From contig NMRA01000059.1 in NCBI GenBank assembly GCA_002633005.1, positions 22,697 to 86,696 of the forward strand: 64,000 nucleotides of DNA. The letters run 5' to 3'. Each line of letters opens with the position of its first letter. The stretch's first letter is position 1. The notes beneath the pieces are model-generated. The model saw only the letters and a program-made list of their open reading frames with translations. It ran no database searches and was not told where the DNA came from. The stretch is from Phoronis australis. Lineage: Eukaryota > Animalia > Phoronida. The translations under genes and the position numbers were made by a program. Shown here one piece after another: positions 26,201 to 38,900 of this stretch.

Positions 26201-29200
26201 TAATCTACAAGTCACTTGAACATTTGAGCACACAATGGTGGTACCGGGAATTTCTGATAATAAGCCCCAGGCCATATGTTCAGAAAATGTCATATTTTCA
26301 CCTTTCTGGTACTAAATATACCGGTAAACCCAAGCTTATTTTCAAAAAAAGAACTGTAAACGCAAATGTGCCAGTTATAGTGACATAGAATAATCACCAC
26401 TGTGTGGAAATAGGAACGTTGATAATACCAGTAGGAATTATTTAAATTTATTTTGTAAATGTAAGACAAAAACCTGGAGTATGCCCTGTTTCTTATAAAG
26501 CCTTGCCTTTGTTTGATACTTGCTGACTGTTCGTTTTGGGAAACCCTTCAAGATAGATATTACAGGTGCGTCTCCGAATGTAGGCCCATGGGCATATATA
26601 TTCTGAAACTTTTCAAATATTAGCCCTGTGGGAGTATATTTGGGGGACCTGTTTGTGAAAACACCTGGTAATATAGAATGTGATGTACAATTCCACTGTT
26701 TTAAATCTCCACCTACAGGTGGTGCTTGTCCAACAAAATTCTATATCAACATCTAGTAGCACATAGTTTCTTTCAATGGCTTGCATATAATATTGAAAGA
26801 ATTTGTGCTGTTACCATACACTAGGTGGCAGAGTTTGTAATTTGTCTCACTATTGTTTCAGATCATCATCCAACAGCCTCAGCAAAATCAAGCCCAGCAA
26901 GTGATCCAGACAGCAGATGGTCAGGCTATAGTAATCCCCTCAGGGACTCTGGATGGAAGTCAACAGTTCACTTTGCAGGGGGGACAACTCATCCAGCTGC
27001 CTGTGGGTGGTAACACCAGCAGCTCACCTCAGATCATCCAGGCCAGCAACATCAGCATTCCAACGTCAGGAAGTGGCGCAAATCAGATGGTTGTTGTAAG
27101 TAAACATGTCTCTGTCATGTGTCTCCTCCTAGTGGTCACTTCCAAATCTCTGTTGTACCCCAAAACAATAATTTAGTAGACTTATATATAATAGCAATAA
27201 ATATTAAGTATCAGTGACCTTATTAGTGGGGCAATTCTGTGAAAATGTCAACCTAGAGACAAAAAATAAATAAAAGTTGTGACTAAAGTAACATTTCTGG
27301 TGTCGTCTGAAAGCCCAGTCTCTCTAGTTTCAGGGCTGATATTTGAATTTCCTTTTACTTTCGACTTTTTCCTAAACGGACCCATTTTTGAGGTCACTTG
27401 ACCCTCACAAATCACCCCGATTTTTATGCTCCTTGCTAATTATTGTCATAAATAAGCTAATCATAGGTATTTTGCTATATTATCAAAATTAATTTATGCA
27501 ATCACATGAAGCCTAAACTTCCTAAAAATTTCATTTGACCAGTAGCGCATCGTCAACCTCTTGGGGTCAAAGGCCAACTCCTGGATATCATGGTGCCAAA
27601 CGTCCGTCACAAAAAGTGCTAAAAAGTTTTGTCACATCAAAAGTTTTCAATAAGAATTAAAATTATTTCTGAGTCTCTTTCAACTTGTTTCTCAATATTA
27701 TTGACCGAAATTTTAGAAATAATTCGTAAAGTCAGAAATCGCGTTACAGATTTACGGAAAATTTGTATGTCTGTCACGTACATCCGTCACACCCATGAAA
27801 TTACATTTTTTTCAGTCTGATCTTATTTTTACTTTCCAAACTTGCAGGAGATGAAATTTTTCTCACACCTAAGAACCTAAAACGAATATATATCACAAAG
27901 ACAGTCATAAAATCAAGTACAGAAGTTGCTCCGGTTTTGAACTAGATGCATTGGACTTTTTCACTTTCAAAAGTATTTGCTGAGAAGTTTTCTTAATGGT
28001 GTCATCTAGTTATTTTTGGGAGAATTCAACATGTTAAAATTAGACAGTTGGACCACATAAATAAAATTTTATTTTTTTTATGTTAGTACCCCATTTTTGT
28101 AAAAAATCCTTAATTTTGGAAAACTGTTGAAGCAAAAAACACTCATGTAAAAGATTTCCATGGGTGCTCTGGAGTTCAAATAATGAGACACCTAGAGGAA
28201 TCCATGTCAAGTTGCTGTTCTGCTAGAATCATCATGTTATTTTTTGCTCTGACTCGCTGTCCTGGGCATTTATAAGAGGTAGCAGCCTGTGACCTACTTT
28301 ATTAAGCATTTTTGTCACTCCATCAGTGACTGTAGTAGCTGTGTTTTTCAGTCTTGGGTGGAAACACGTTCGTACCAAATGATTTCGTTGTCTCATTTTG
28401 CATATTTTGGCAAAACAAGAACCCTGATATTGCAATCTTTTTGAAGAAAGATTAAGTCATTTTCTGCTGAGCTTCAAGTGGATTGAATCAGCATTTAGAA
28501 ACAAAGGAGGAAATTGTCGGTGTCCAGGTTAGAAGCAGCTGGGAGAGGAACAAATATCTGCTGGAAAGTTCTCTGAAACTTAAAAAAATGACATCATGGA
28601 TCAAGAAATTCAGAATTGTATAAATCTGCTTGAACCGTAATGCGACCTTAATTTATGCCTCTTTTAAAATTGAAAGGAAGACAGCATTGGTTTAAAAATC
28701 TAAGTGAAAGGCTAATCAAGCTTATCGCTAAGGACCAACATTTGATAAATAAATAGTATTAGCTCCACATATTCCTAAGTTTAATGTAATTAAATGTCTG
28801 CCTTAACACTGCAAGACAGCACCCATGTTTTCGATCAAAATTCGAATTGCATAAGACAATGACGTCAACTAAATCATGTTGATCCAATTGCTTGCTTCAT
28901 AGTTTGTTACAAGAAGATACTGAAGTTGTGTACTAATACTTTTAAAACAGCATCTTTATTATTAACATGGGCACGCACCAAAACTATGAGCAACACAGTC
29001 CAGACAAGTCTGCACAAGCTTAGAGCAAGTCCTATTATACTATTATAAAAAATGTATATTTGTTACAATGAGGATTAATAAGGTTTTAATTTCATTTCAC
29101 ATTTTATATTTAGGATAGTCATGTTTACTTACTAGTTTCAAATTTGTATTAGAGCTATTTGATGCATAAAAACAGTTTTGCTGATTACCAACAGGTGTCG

Positions 29201-32200
29201 AATACAAAATAAGTATCTCTCTCATTCCCATCCATACTGTTTACCATCTCCAAAGAGAAGTGAGGATTTTAGGATGTTGTTTTATATATTTAATCAAATG
29301 TGTTGAAAAGTTTAAATCCTAGAGTATATTCCCACCATTGGCTTACCTGGGGTGGTGAGTATGTGCAAAAGGTCAATCGATATACTTTGAATTAAAAAAC
29401 ATCGAATCAGTGGCAAAAGACTAATATACTGAAGTTTGAATTATTTGTGTAACAAAAATTTCATAGAAGATATCGTCAAAAAATAGTATGTTGTGCTCTA
29501 CAAATATTCCACTAAATCATCATAGAAATAATTGTAACTGTATACAACTACTGAAAATTAATGTTTAATTTTTTTTTCAAAAATTCAAATTCTCTGCACC
29601 CGTCTGTCACACCCACTTAAAAGCAACTTCCTCAGTCAGATAAAAAGATAGGGGAAAAGTTTATACATGCTTTGAAAGCTATCAATGAGACTTAACAATT
29701 TCTGTATTATTTTCCTAGGCTGAAAAATTTTTCACAATTAGTCAAAATGTTCTCTGATTGTACGTTTGTCACAAATGGAATTGCACAGTATAGCAATGGA
29801 AAATGGTTATTATAAACCTGATTATGCATATTTAAATTCTTGCTTTCTTAGCTGTTGGAATGAGCATCACGTAATTTCTGATGCTTTCTGCAAAGTTCAC
29901 TCTGTACCTCAGTGGTTGTACAAGTCTGTATACTGCACTCTGGTATTCATGTGAAGAATCTTTCAATAGCATCACTGCAAAGTAAAAAGAAAGAAAACAA
30001 ATATCTGCGCCATTGTCAAGGCAGTCATGTACTCATGAATACTTGTAGTATCAGTGAATGCTGTCTAGGACACCTTTCCAAGGGCATTTCTTGTTAAATC
30101 TGATTTATGAAAACAGCCACTAAAAGCAGACTGCCAAAGTGTTTGGCTAATGTGTAGGATTGTGGACATTAAGTTATGCATTATATCCCAGCTTTTTAAT
30201 TAGGGTTGAAGCCATGTCACTGAGCACATGTTTATCAATCTTTGTCCTCTCTAACATAACTGTAATCTACCGGTAACTCAATCTTTAGTCCCCCGGCTAT
30301 TGCACAACTGTTACTTATATACCCCTGTTCCCTATTACACAACTGTTACTTATAGACCCATGTCCCCTATTGCACAACTGTTACTTATAGACCCCTGTCC
30401 CCTATTACTCAACTGTTACTAATAGACCCCTGTCCCCTATTGCACAACTGTTACTACTGTCCTTTATTACACGACTGTTTCTTCTGTTGTAGATGATTCC
30501 TAATGGTGCAGGCAATTCTGCATCCATTCAAAGGATACCCATTCCTGGCACTGCCGAGATGGTAGAGGAAGAACCACTGTATGTTAATGCCAAACAGTAC
30601 CACAGGATACTCAAACGACGGCAGGCGAGAGCAAAACTGGAGGCTGAAGGAAAAATACCAAAAGAAAGAAAGGTATGAGCAGTTTGTGAAAGTAATAAAA
30701 GTACAGTGTGCGGCTGAGTGCAAGTGGAATTCACCATTAGAGTTGTGGAAATGACTAGTCATGATATGCATGTAGTGTATGAACTGTCAAATGACTAGTC
30801 ATGGTATGTGTGTACCGTATGAACTTTGAAATGACTAGTCATGGTGTGCGTGTAGTGTATGAACTGTGAAATGACTAGTCATGGTATGCGTGTACCGTAT
30901 GAACTTTAAAAGGACTAGTTGTGGTGTGCGTGTAGTGTATGAACTGTGAAATTTAGCAAGATACTTTTATGGGACGGTGTTATTGCAGATGAGGATGATT
31001 TTTTAATAAATTCAGCTTCTGCTGTGTGCCGTAGTGCCAATTTTGTTGTCTGTGAGTGCTCTGCCGATTCCCTTAATGGATCTTCATGGAACTTGGCAGA
31101 CCTGTATTAACCCAGGAGATGATGTCACAAAACAATTTTTGGTTACCTTCCTAAAGTTATGCAATCTTCATAAAACTTTGCTGATAAGATTTTAATCGAA
31201 CAGGTAACCACAATTGCCCAGTTTTAGTCAGCTTAGATATGTGTTATGCCCCTGGTGACAACCTTCATTAGTTCATTATTCACTTATGGTGTCGGCCTCT
31301 CTGTGCTATACTGCTTCTCCATTAAATCTCAAATCAGTCACTCTGGTAGAATTAGCAGACAGATGGCCGAATGTGAAGTTGCTTACATTAAGTGTGTTTC
31401 TTTTTTAAAGTTGTAAATATGGTACTATATTGTAGTTAACCAGGACTCAGCGTAGGCCTAACATTGAAATATGCCACAGATGATTGTCAATTTGTATTTG
31501 AACAATATATCTGAAAAATTGATTTTTTTCTCTTTTGAGATATGCCTATAGTGTTGTTTGTGTGTTGTAGAAATATCTTCATGAATCTCGGCACCAACAT
31601 GCATTGAATAGAGTTAGAGGAGAAGGCGGCCGCTTCAATAGTAAAAATGGACATCAGGTAACACGTGGTCGTAGTTACTAATATTTTTGTTTCCATTTTT
31701 GTATTTATTTTATCGTCATTCTTCTTGTATATGTTATAATATGTGTGTAGTATATTTTACCATTCCACTATAAACTTGGTCTCGACTTGTTTTTTACTCT
31801 GATGAGAAGTGATTTATAGGTTTACAAACACCTGGCAGTTTCGTTATTCCTGGAGACTATTCAATGCATAACATGTAATGATAAGCCTATTGGTACAGCC
31901 AGGTCTCAAATTATAATGTACAATGATAAGCTTATTGGTACAGCCAGGTTTCAAACTATAACATACAATGTTGAGCCTACTGGTACTGCCTGGTCTCAAA
32001 CTATAACATGCAATGACAAGCCTACTGGTACAGCCTGGTCTCAAACTATAACTTACAATGTTGAGCCCACTGGTACTGCCTGGTCTCCAACTATAACATG
32101 CAATGACAAGCCTACTGGTACTGCCTGGTCTCAAACTATAACATGCAATGACAAGCCTACTCGTACTGCCTGGTCTCAAACTATAACATGCAATGTTGAG

Positions 32201-32551
32201 CCTACTGGTACTGCCTGGTCTCAAACTGTAACCTGCAATGACAAGCCTACTGGTACTGCCTGGTCTCAAACTGTAACCTGCAATGACAAGCCTAGTGGTA
32301 CAGCCAGGTCTCAAACTGTAACAAACTGTCACTTCTTTAGAAGTCCTGAATTCGTCTGTAATGTGACTCTAGGAACAATGATCAAAATCAAAATTTTTGT
32401 TTTGTTGTGTAAAGAGTGTTTACAGACAATGTGGGGTCCAGTGAAGCTATTGCCTGGCAAGTACCATGTGTGACCCTTTTGTTTTCACTTTCAGGAAGGT
32501 TCAGCGAGTTTCGATGTTACAATGAACCACATGCTGGAGACAACGAGTTAA
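23135..32551 (+). CDS. NFYA: Nuclear transcription factor Y subunit alpha (NF-YA/CBF-B), ~289 aa, 6 coding exons
   Basis: Exons 23135-23227, 25482-25700, 26862-27095, 30493-30672, 31571-31657, 32495-32551, all phase 0 with GT-AG. MDQY N-terminus, Q-rich activation domain, HAP2/CBFB domain [57 protein letters not shown]. Confidence 0.95.
23828..25331. mobile_element. Kolobok-like DNA transposon, internally deleted, in NF-YA intron
   Basis: TTAA at 23824-23827 and 25332-25335; 14-bp TIR AAGAGAATGCCACC / GGTGGCATTCTCCT (13/14); contains a THAP remnant. Confidence 0.75.
24011..24205 (+). pseudogene. THAP zinc-finger domain remnant (1-nt frameshift near 24068)
   Basis: CIVSICPN...GISF / [16 protein letters not shown]...[12 protein letters not shown] gives the C2CH THAP signature (C-x4-C...P...W...C-x2-HF). 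Confidence 0.8.
25482..25700 (+). CDS. NFYA: NF-YA Q-rich exon ([23 protein letters not shown]...)
   Basis: ttttag / gtgtgt, 219 nt, glutamine-rich. Confidence 0.85.
26862..27095 (+). CDS. NFYA: NF-YA Q/ST-rich exon (IIIQQPQQ...QTADGQAIV...QMVV)
   Basis: tttcag / gtaagt, 234 nt; QTxDGQ motif typical of NF-YA. Confidence 0.9.
27229..29786. mobile_element. Possible Sola2-like degenerate DNA transposon
   Basis: Ends GGGCAATTC / GAATTGCAC, flanks AGTG / AGTA (near 4-bp TSD); internal repeated (C/T)GTCAC motifs; no recognisable transposase. Confidence 0.35.
30290..30475. repeat. Minisatellite, ~34-bp unit, abutting NF-YA acceptor
   Basis: CCCTATTGCACAACTGTTACTTATAGACCCCTGT repeated. Confidence 0.9.
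30493..30672 (+). CDS. NFYA: NF-YA exon, subunit-interaction helix ([33 protein letters not shown])
   Basis: ttgtag / gtatga; near-identical to the conserved HAP2 domain. Confidence 0.97.
30750..30950. repeat. Minisatellite, 40-bp unit
   Basis: AATGACTAGTCATGGT..GTATGAACT x5. Confidence 0.9.
31571..31657 (+). CDS. NFYA: NF-YA exon, DNA-binding helix ([22 protein letters not shown])
   Basis: ttgtag / gtaaca; conserved YLHESRH..A..R.RG.GGRF; not in the ORF track. Confidence 0.97.
31868..32322. repeat. Minisatellite, 42-bp unit
   Basis: CAATGACAAGCCTACTGGTACTGCCTGGTCTCAAACTATAAC.. x~11. Confidence 0.95.
32495..32551 (+). CDS. NFYA: NF-YA probable last coding exon ([18 protein letters not shown])
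   Basis: Strong polypyrimidine acceptor cttttgttttcactttcag and in-frame TAA; no homology support. Confidence 0.6.
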   Translation, partial: EGSASFDVTMNHMLETTS

Positions 32552-34904
32552 GTCAAGAAGTCTTGAATATTATTCTTGTTATTATAGTTCTTTTTAATTG
32601 TTAATTGTAATTAGTGTTTTCCTGAAAGTGATATGTTATATGAAGATTATTTGGGACATCAGAAACAGCTGCAGACCTTCCATACTGGAAATCTGCCATC
32701 ATGTAATGACGTACTCTGTCATACAGACTTTTTAAAAGTGCTATTTTTGGAAGGCTCAATCACGTGAGAGGGCAACACTTTTTATGTTACATTAGCATGG
32801 TCTCACGTATATTTGTAAAACACTCAGTGCTGTTTTTGCTCAATCATGTAAGAGGGCAGCACTTTACTATGTTACATTAGCAAGGTCTTGCGTATATTTC
32901 TAAAACACTCACTTTCATTTGCGTGCTCTTGCATCATCTTACTTTTCTAGCAACAAACTTGGTCTTCTGTAAATTGATGCATTTCTGGTTTGTGCATCCA
33001 TGTTATCATTGCCCAGTTGCAGTGTTTCTTTATTTAAATTTGACTGCTTTTTGCGACTTGACCAATGTTTAGTAATGGAAGCAAAGTTCACAGTTCTTGT
33101 GTCATTTGGCGAGAGTTTGAATGGATAAAATATGATTAAATTTTTGTTTGTAAAGTAACTAAAAGAGCCATTTGTTTTTGTTTTGTACTAAGGCCAGTGT
33201 CCACACTTTCCTGTGATGACCTTGACCTTGACTATTGTAGTAGCACACGAGATGAAGACTTGAGATAGTCCTACATATTACAGTTCAGTTCATCATTCAG
33301 CCTCACTGTTCTGCAGAGTATCAATAGCAAGTTAATCAATAACAAGTTAATCAATAACAAGTTATTAACCTTCACTTTTACACATGATACATTCTTATGA
33401 AAAAAGATGTCATTGATTGTTTTTTATATTTATGTTAAATAGTATTTTCCATCACTTTAACTTCAAATCAATGTTTCACTACTTGACATATTTGCTGTAT
33501 ACCCTTCTCTTGTTCCCAAATCATAGACAACAGTGTCAAGTTTTGTTGGCAATTGTCTGATATAATGTGAACAGACTTTGAGAACCAATTGATGTCTGTT
33601 ATTCAGTGGAGAAAACTGGTTCTTCAATTGCATGCACGTTATATCAAACTATTACCTTCATGTTCATTCAAAGCTCCTTTTTCATGCAGTCTACTGATGT
33701 CCTGTACTTATCTGGCTTCCAAAACACCTGTCAGAGGCACTTTGATTACGAAATTAAAAATTTACATAGCGAGAGTTCAGCCACGCACGTGTGCTTAAAA
33801 ACAATGGCATTTATGGTAACGCTCCATTTGCTATAAATTGCAAGTACTTTCACCATTTTTGCACCCAAGTTTGGTAGTATTAGAATGTGCGCAAGCCTCT
33901 TTCAGTAAAAAGTAATTTCTGGCCTGAACATGGCAAGGTGTCACAGAAACTCAATTATTGGTTTCATAAAGATGGGTTGCAGACGTTCTGTGATCTAACA
34001 CAGATGTTAACAAAAGCACTTCCACTCATAACAAAGTCTCGGTCATATTAAATTGGTAAAAGGGGCATTTTAAGTGAGTCTCTGGAAATTCTGGTGGTGG
34101 GCACGGAGCCAAACGTAGGTGTTAAATTGTAAGACCTAAGTATTTCCTTAACTTATGAATTTAGATTTAGATTTAGATTTCAGTTTCACAAGTATTACTC
34201 AGTTTTGTGTCAACAATTAACAGCAGTGTTCAAGAGTTTGAAGCAAATTGATGTCACAGACTTCGCAGTTTTAATGTTGCCAAAAATCTATTTTTAGTCA
34301 GTATTTACTAACAAACTTCTGGGACCCATTTTACAGTAATGTATAAGTGAAGAGAGGTGTACTACAATGACGGGTTTTCATGAATTAAAGACCTGTAGCG
34401 GTGAAAGAGGCTGTTAGGCTATGACTTGTAATAGACACACCAACTGTTAGGCTATGACTAGCAACTTAGCTGGATTTATATTGAATATTTTGACTTTCTA
34501 AACTACAGCTTTATCTCCGATTAATGGAAGTCATTTTATTCTCTTTAAATGTTGTTTATTACACTTGCATGCTAAGTATTTTGTACAATAAATGAGTTAT
34601 ACAATGTTTGAGTTTCAAAGCAGAAACATTTGATTTAGGAGTAATACAAAAGATAGTCACAAGCTTGCCTCAACTGCAACACATTATCATCACATTGTCT
34701 AATCTATATCCACAGTCCACCATTTCACACGTGTATGTTCAGTAAATAATGATTAAACACTCTGCCTCTCCTTTCAAGACAATTTCCTACTAACAGTACT
34801 TATTGCTTTGCTCAAATATTGCTATATTTCAGTAAACCTGAACATTCTTTATTTCAAGGAATACAAAGACAACCCAAAATACAGACAGCATAGTTACACA
34901 TTGT

Positions 34905-35090
34905 GTTCTTATGGTCATGCAAAACTTTATACAAAGACAACCCACCATACACACTGTGTGCTTATGGTCCTGTAAGACTATACAAAGACAACCCACAATA
35001 CACACTGAGTACTTATGGTCCTGTAAGACTATACAAAGACAACCCACAATACACACTGAGTACTTATGGTCGTGTAAGACTTCATACACA
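34905..35090. repeat. Minisatellite, ~48-bp unit
   Basis: ATACAAAGACAACCCACAATACACACTGAGTACTTATGGTCCTGTAAG repeated. Confidence 0.9.
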
Positions 35091-35893
35091 AGTCTGCATT
35101 TAGCCAAATATCTACACAACTACACAATTCAACTCAGTGAAAGTTGTGTATTTTCTAAAAGTAAAGCATTTATAGAATTTGACCTTTGACTTGAAACGAA
35201 GCTACAACTACTTAAGTCGCATGACCCGGTGTTTTTAGTAGCAAACAAGAAAGGTACACAAACAGCATCAGTTACATGACAAAATTTCGGCTTGATAAAA
35301 ATGCCCAGGAAAAAAATCTAAGAAATGCTGCTATTGTTTTCTAAATATGACTTTCTTATACACAACTTGTTGATGGCTCTTCAAGCATAAGTGGAACATT
35401 TTAAAAATGATTCGTGACAGTTTTGGAGAACAGTTGACAAAGCATAGTATCTGACAGTTTCATGTGTATCCAAGTACAAATGATGTCATCAAGGTGGACA
35501 TATTGGGCTGTGTTTCAAGGACTTATGAATTCTAGTGCCTCCATCTATTGTTCTTACAGGAAACCTGACATCTCAAACCTAACAGTCATATTGGTTTTAG
35601 CACTGCATAAACATGTACTTTAAGTAGGGTAATTTATTGTGAAGTATTGTAAGCTCTTACAAAGCACAGTACTAACTTCTAATGTTGGAAGAACAAATTG
35701 AGTCACACAATATACTTGTCCAGGTGTTTTAGGCCATCAGAAAATTGACTGAATAATTGTAAGAGAACATAGTCCACTTCATTCACACCAGTTCAACAAT
35801 CATAGCATAAGCAAGCAATTGTTAATAAATAAGGGGATTTTTACTGAATAATTTATTTGTTCCAATGCCGCAACCTAAGACTGTCACTGCCAT

Positions 35894-35998
35894 CTAGTGT
35901 TGCACTTTGAAAACCGCATGGTATGCATTTCTCAAAAGAACGTATGGGAAGCAGGATTCCAAGAGATCCATGGTTAGGAAGTTTGACTCCTGGACCAG
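35894..35998 (-). CDS. NCKAP1: NCKAP1 last coding exon ([34 protein letters not shown])
   Basis: tttcag acceptor; TAG at 35896-35894; conserved C-terminus. Confidence 0.93.
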   Translation of the reverse strand: MVQESNFLTMDLLESCFPYVLLRNAYHAVFKVQH

Positions 35999-38900
35999 CT
36001 GAAAAGAAAACAACATTAAACAACATTAAAACAGGACTCTAACCAGGGCCCGGTCTCCAATCTTTTTACTCGAAATGGAACTCGAAATTAGGTTTGGCAT
36101 TTTCTACTCTACTTTTGGGCGAACTCAAGATAAGTGTCTATTATTCTATGCTCGAGTACACAATAACTTACGTAGATAATTTATTGCCCTTAGTTCACAG
36201 TTTGTAAACCCAATATTAAAGCAATAAGTTCGAGTTTGAACTCGAAATTTCGAGTTTTTACTCGAGTTTGTAGCACGAATATAAGGGTCTTCAAGGGCAA
36301 ACTTGAACTAGAAACTCCTATGCATAAACTATAATGTATTCGAGCACAGTCTGATAACCAATTATCTTAAGTTCGCACAAATGGAGCAGAGAAATTGCCA
36401 AAAATAGTTTCGAGTTTGTTTCGAGTACAAAGATTAGAGACCGGGCCACTAGACCTGACTGATGTCATAACTCCCGCTGCAGGGGGAGGGGCGTTCTGCA
36501 CTTCATGATTGATGTCATATCCCCGAGCAGAGGGAGGGGCGTTCTGCACCGCTGGAATGATCTCATAACCCCCCGGGCAGGAAAAAGTGTGCTCTGCACC
36601 TCTGGATTAAGGGTGTATGACTACACATCTGAGCAACTTGAAACAAATAATGGTTACCGTAGCAACACATTTTAAGGAAGACCATGAAGAACAACGCAGT
36701 TCAAGTAACTGCGAAACAATAACGCCACAAACTCACCAAATGCTCCCCTTTTTACCTTCATGCTAGCCAAGAATTATTTACAAGGGAAGTAAAGCACAGC
36801 ACGTAGTTGTACTAACTTTAAAACTCAGCGAACATTTCTTCATCTGGAAGCCCTATCCTCCCAAATCCATACAATGACGAAAAGCAAAGCTTAATAAGTA
36901 GTTCTTTTGAACAGGAAACGCTGATGTTTTAGCTCTCAGTTTAACCACACCTTAATATTTGTTAGCTGTTGGTCTTCCATCCTTAACTGACCATGTATAC
37001 AGTGTTACTCAAGTGGTGCACTAGTTTCCAAACTCTGTTTCATTGAGCACATAATGACTGAATTGTGATTTAATATGATCTGAAGTATGTATAACAGAAT
37101 ACATACATTTAAGTGACATCAACTATGTCACAAGATATATATATATATATTAATACATGTTCTCAGTCTTTATCCCTTGTATTCTATAGACCGAGTGGAT
37201 TTTGGAGAATTATCGCCCGAGGGGCACATACTGAACGAAAAACATTGCTATGAATCGATCTACCTTTCTTGACTCGCCTTGGCTTTGTACCTACTTTCTA
37301 TGTCAGAGGCCCAGGGTCGGAGGTTGTGACCTTTTAGAAAAGCCGAGCTATTTTTTGTCAAATAATGCTTTTACTCAAAACCCATAGAAAATTTAAACAA
37401 AAAGGAAAGAACGTGAATCTATAAATTAAGGTTTAGCAACTATTATAGCTTACTACACATTTTATCATGTTAAGCTTCGACCGAGAAAATATCGTCTGCT
37501 AAAGCAGGTTACCACTGGTAACTGAGTATAATGTTCAAAACGAAGGATCCCAACGACACGATACCCGCATTCAAATTGGAGGTAGGTGATTTACAAGTGA
37601 GAGAAAATGAGAGATAAATTTCACTGAATTAAAATATCGTTTTTATGCAAATTATGTGTCTTATTTTTCATAAATGTCAGTACAGTGCCCTTTGTTGAAC
37701 ACGCGATAGTTGTGCATACCCATTAAGTATTCTATTTTCACGTTCGATGATGTCAGCCGCTGAGTGGCACAGTGGGAAAGTCAACGACTCGAAACTTTTG
37801 CGGACCGAGTTCGAAACTGGCCTCGATTCCCGCCAAAATGATATCGTACTAGTGAAATAACTAAATGGGTTATTACAAGGTTGTATTGGCCATTCAATGC
37901 TGATATTGTGGTATAAATATTATTGCAAATGATAATTTCTGCGTGTATATCCCCCAAACCCATATATGGTAAGTAGGCAGAGTTATAACTGTCAGTTACC
38001 TGATCCAACAGTAGATAGACCGACTCCCTGTTGCGTATTTGTTCTTTATCAGTCTCTTGCCCAAGTCGCAGCAAGCTGTTGGAGGCCAGCTGGAATGGAA
38101 TAAAAATGCGATCATATTGTACTTCATGTGACAATATGAAGTGTTCCTAGCGAGTGGCATCAAATGTTAAAGCTAACTAGCAATATTAAATTAATGTCAA
38201 AACATCCACATATCATCACTGTTACAATACTCATCTCCTGCTCATTTTCATTCGCACAACAACATCCAAAAAGGTCTTAAAAATTTGCATAACACGTAAA
38301 CAGTTCAGTACAAAATTTTTACTTAGTGGAAAACTGACAGAGAGCGCCACACTGCAATTACCAACATTGCCAGATGGCTTGTAAATCATTTGGAAATTCA
38401 AACAAATTGCGTCACAATTTGCTGCTTTTTAACTATGAAACGATTATGGAACATATAAAACTAGACCTCAAGTGACAAACAATACCAGTGAAACTTTCCA
38501 GCACATACTGCAGAGCATAACTTGAACACTCCACCTCCCGTCAGTTGTGTGCGAGCAGTAGGTACAAGCTCATCCTGACCCCTCCAAACACCGTCACTTG
38601 TTTGCGAGCAGTACACACAAGCTCATCCCGACCCAACCACCCACCGTCAGTTGTTTGAGAGCAGTAGGTACCAGCTATCCCAACCCCTCCACCCACTGTC
38701 AGTAGTCTCAGAGCAGTAGGTACAAGCTCATCCCGACTCCTCCACCTATCACCAGTTGTTTTAGAGCAGTAGAAACAAACGCATCCCAACTCCCACCCCT
38801 CTACCCACTGTCAGTTGTTCGAGAGCAGTAGGTACAACTTCATACTGACCCCTCCACCCACCGTCATTTGTGTGACAGCAGTAGGTACAAGTTCACCCTG

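Noticed and set aside
31844-32473. 162-aa and 185-aa repetitive ORFs on both strands
   Set aside because: Translations of a 42-bp intronic minisatellite; no domain or splice support.
37165-37992. CpG-richer intronic segment that may be a non-autonomous element
   Set aside because: Only weak end similarity; I could not define TIRs or a TSD.
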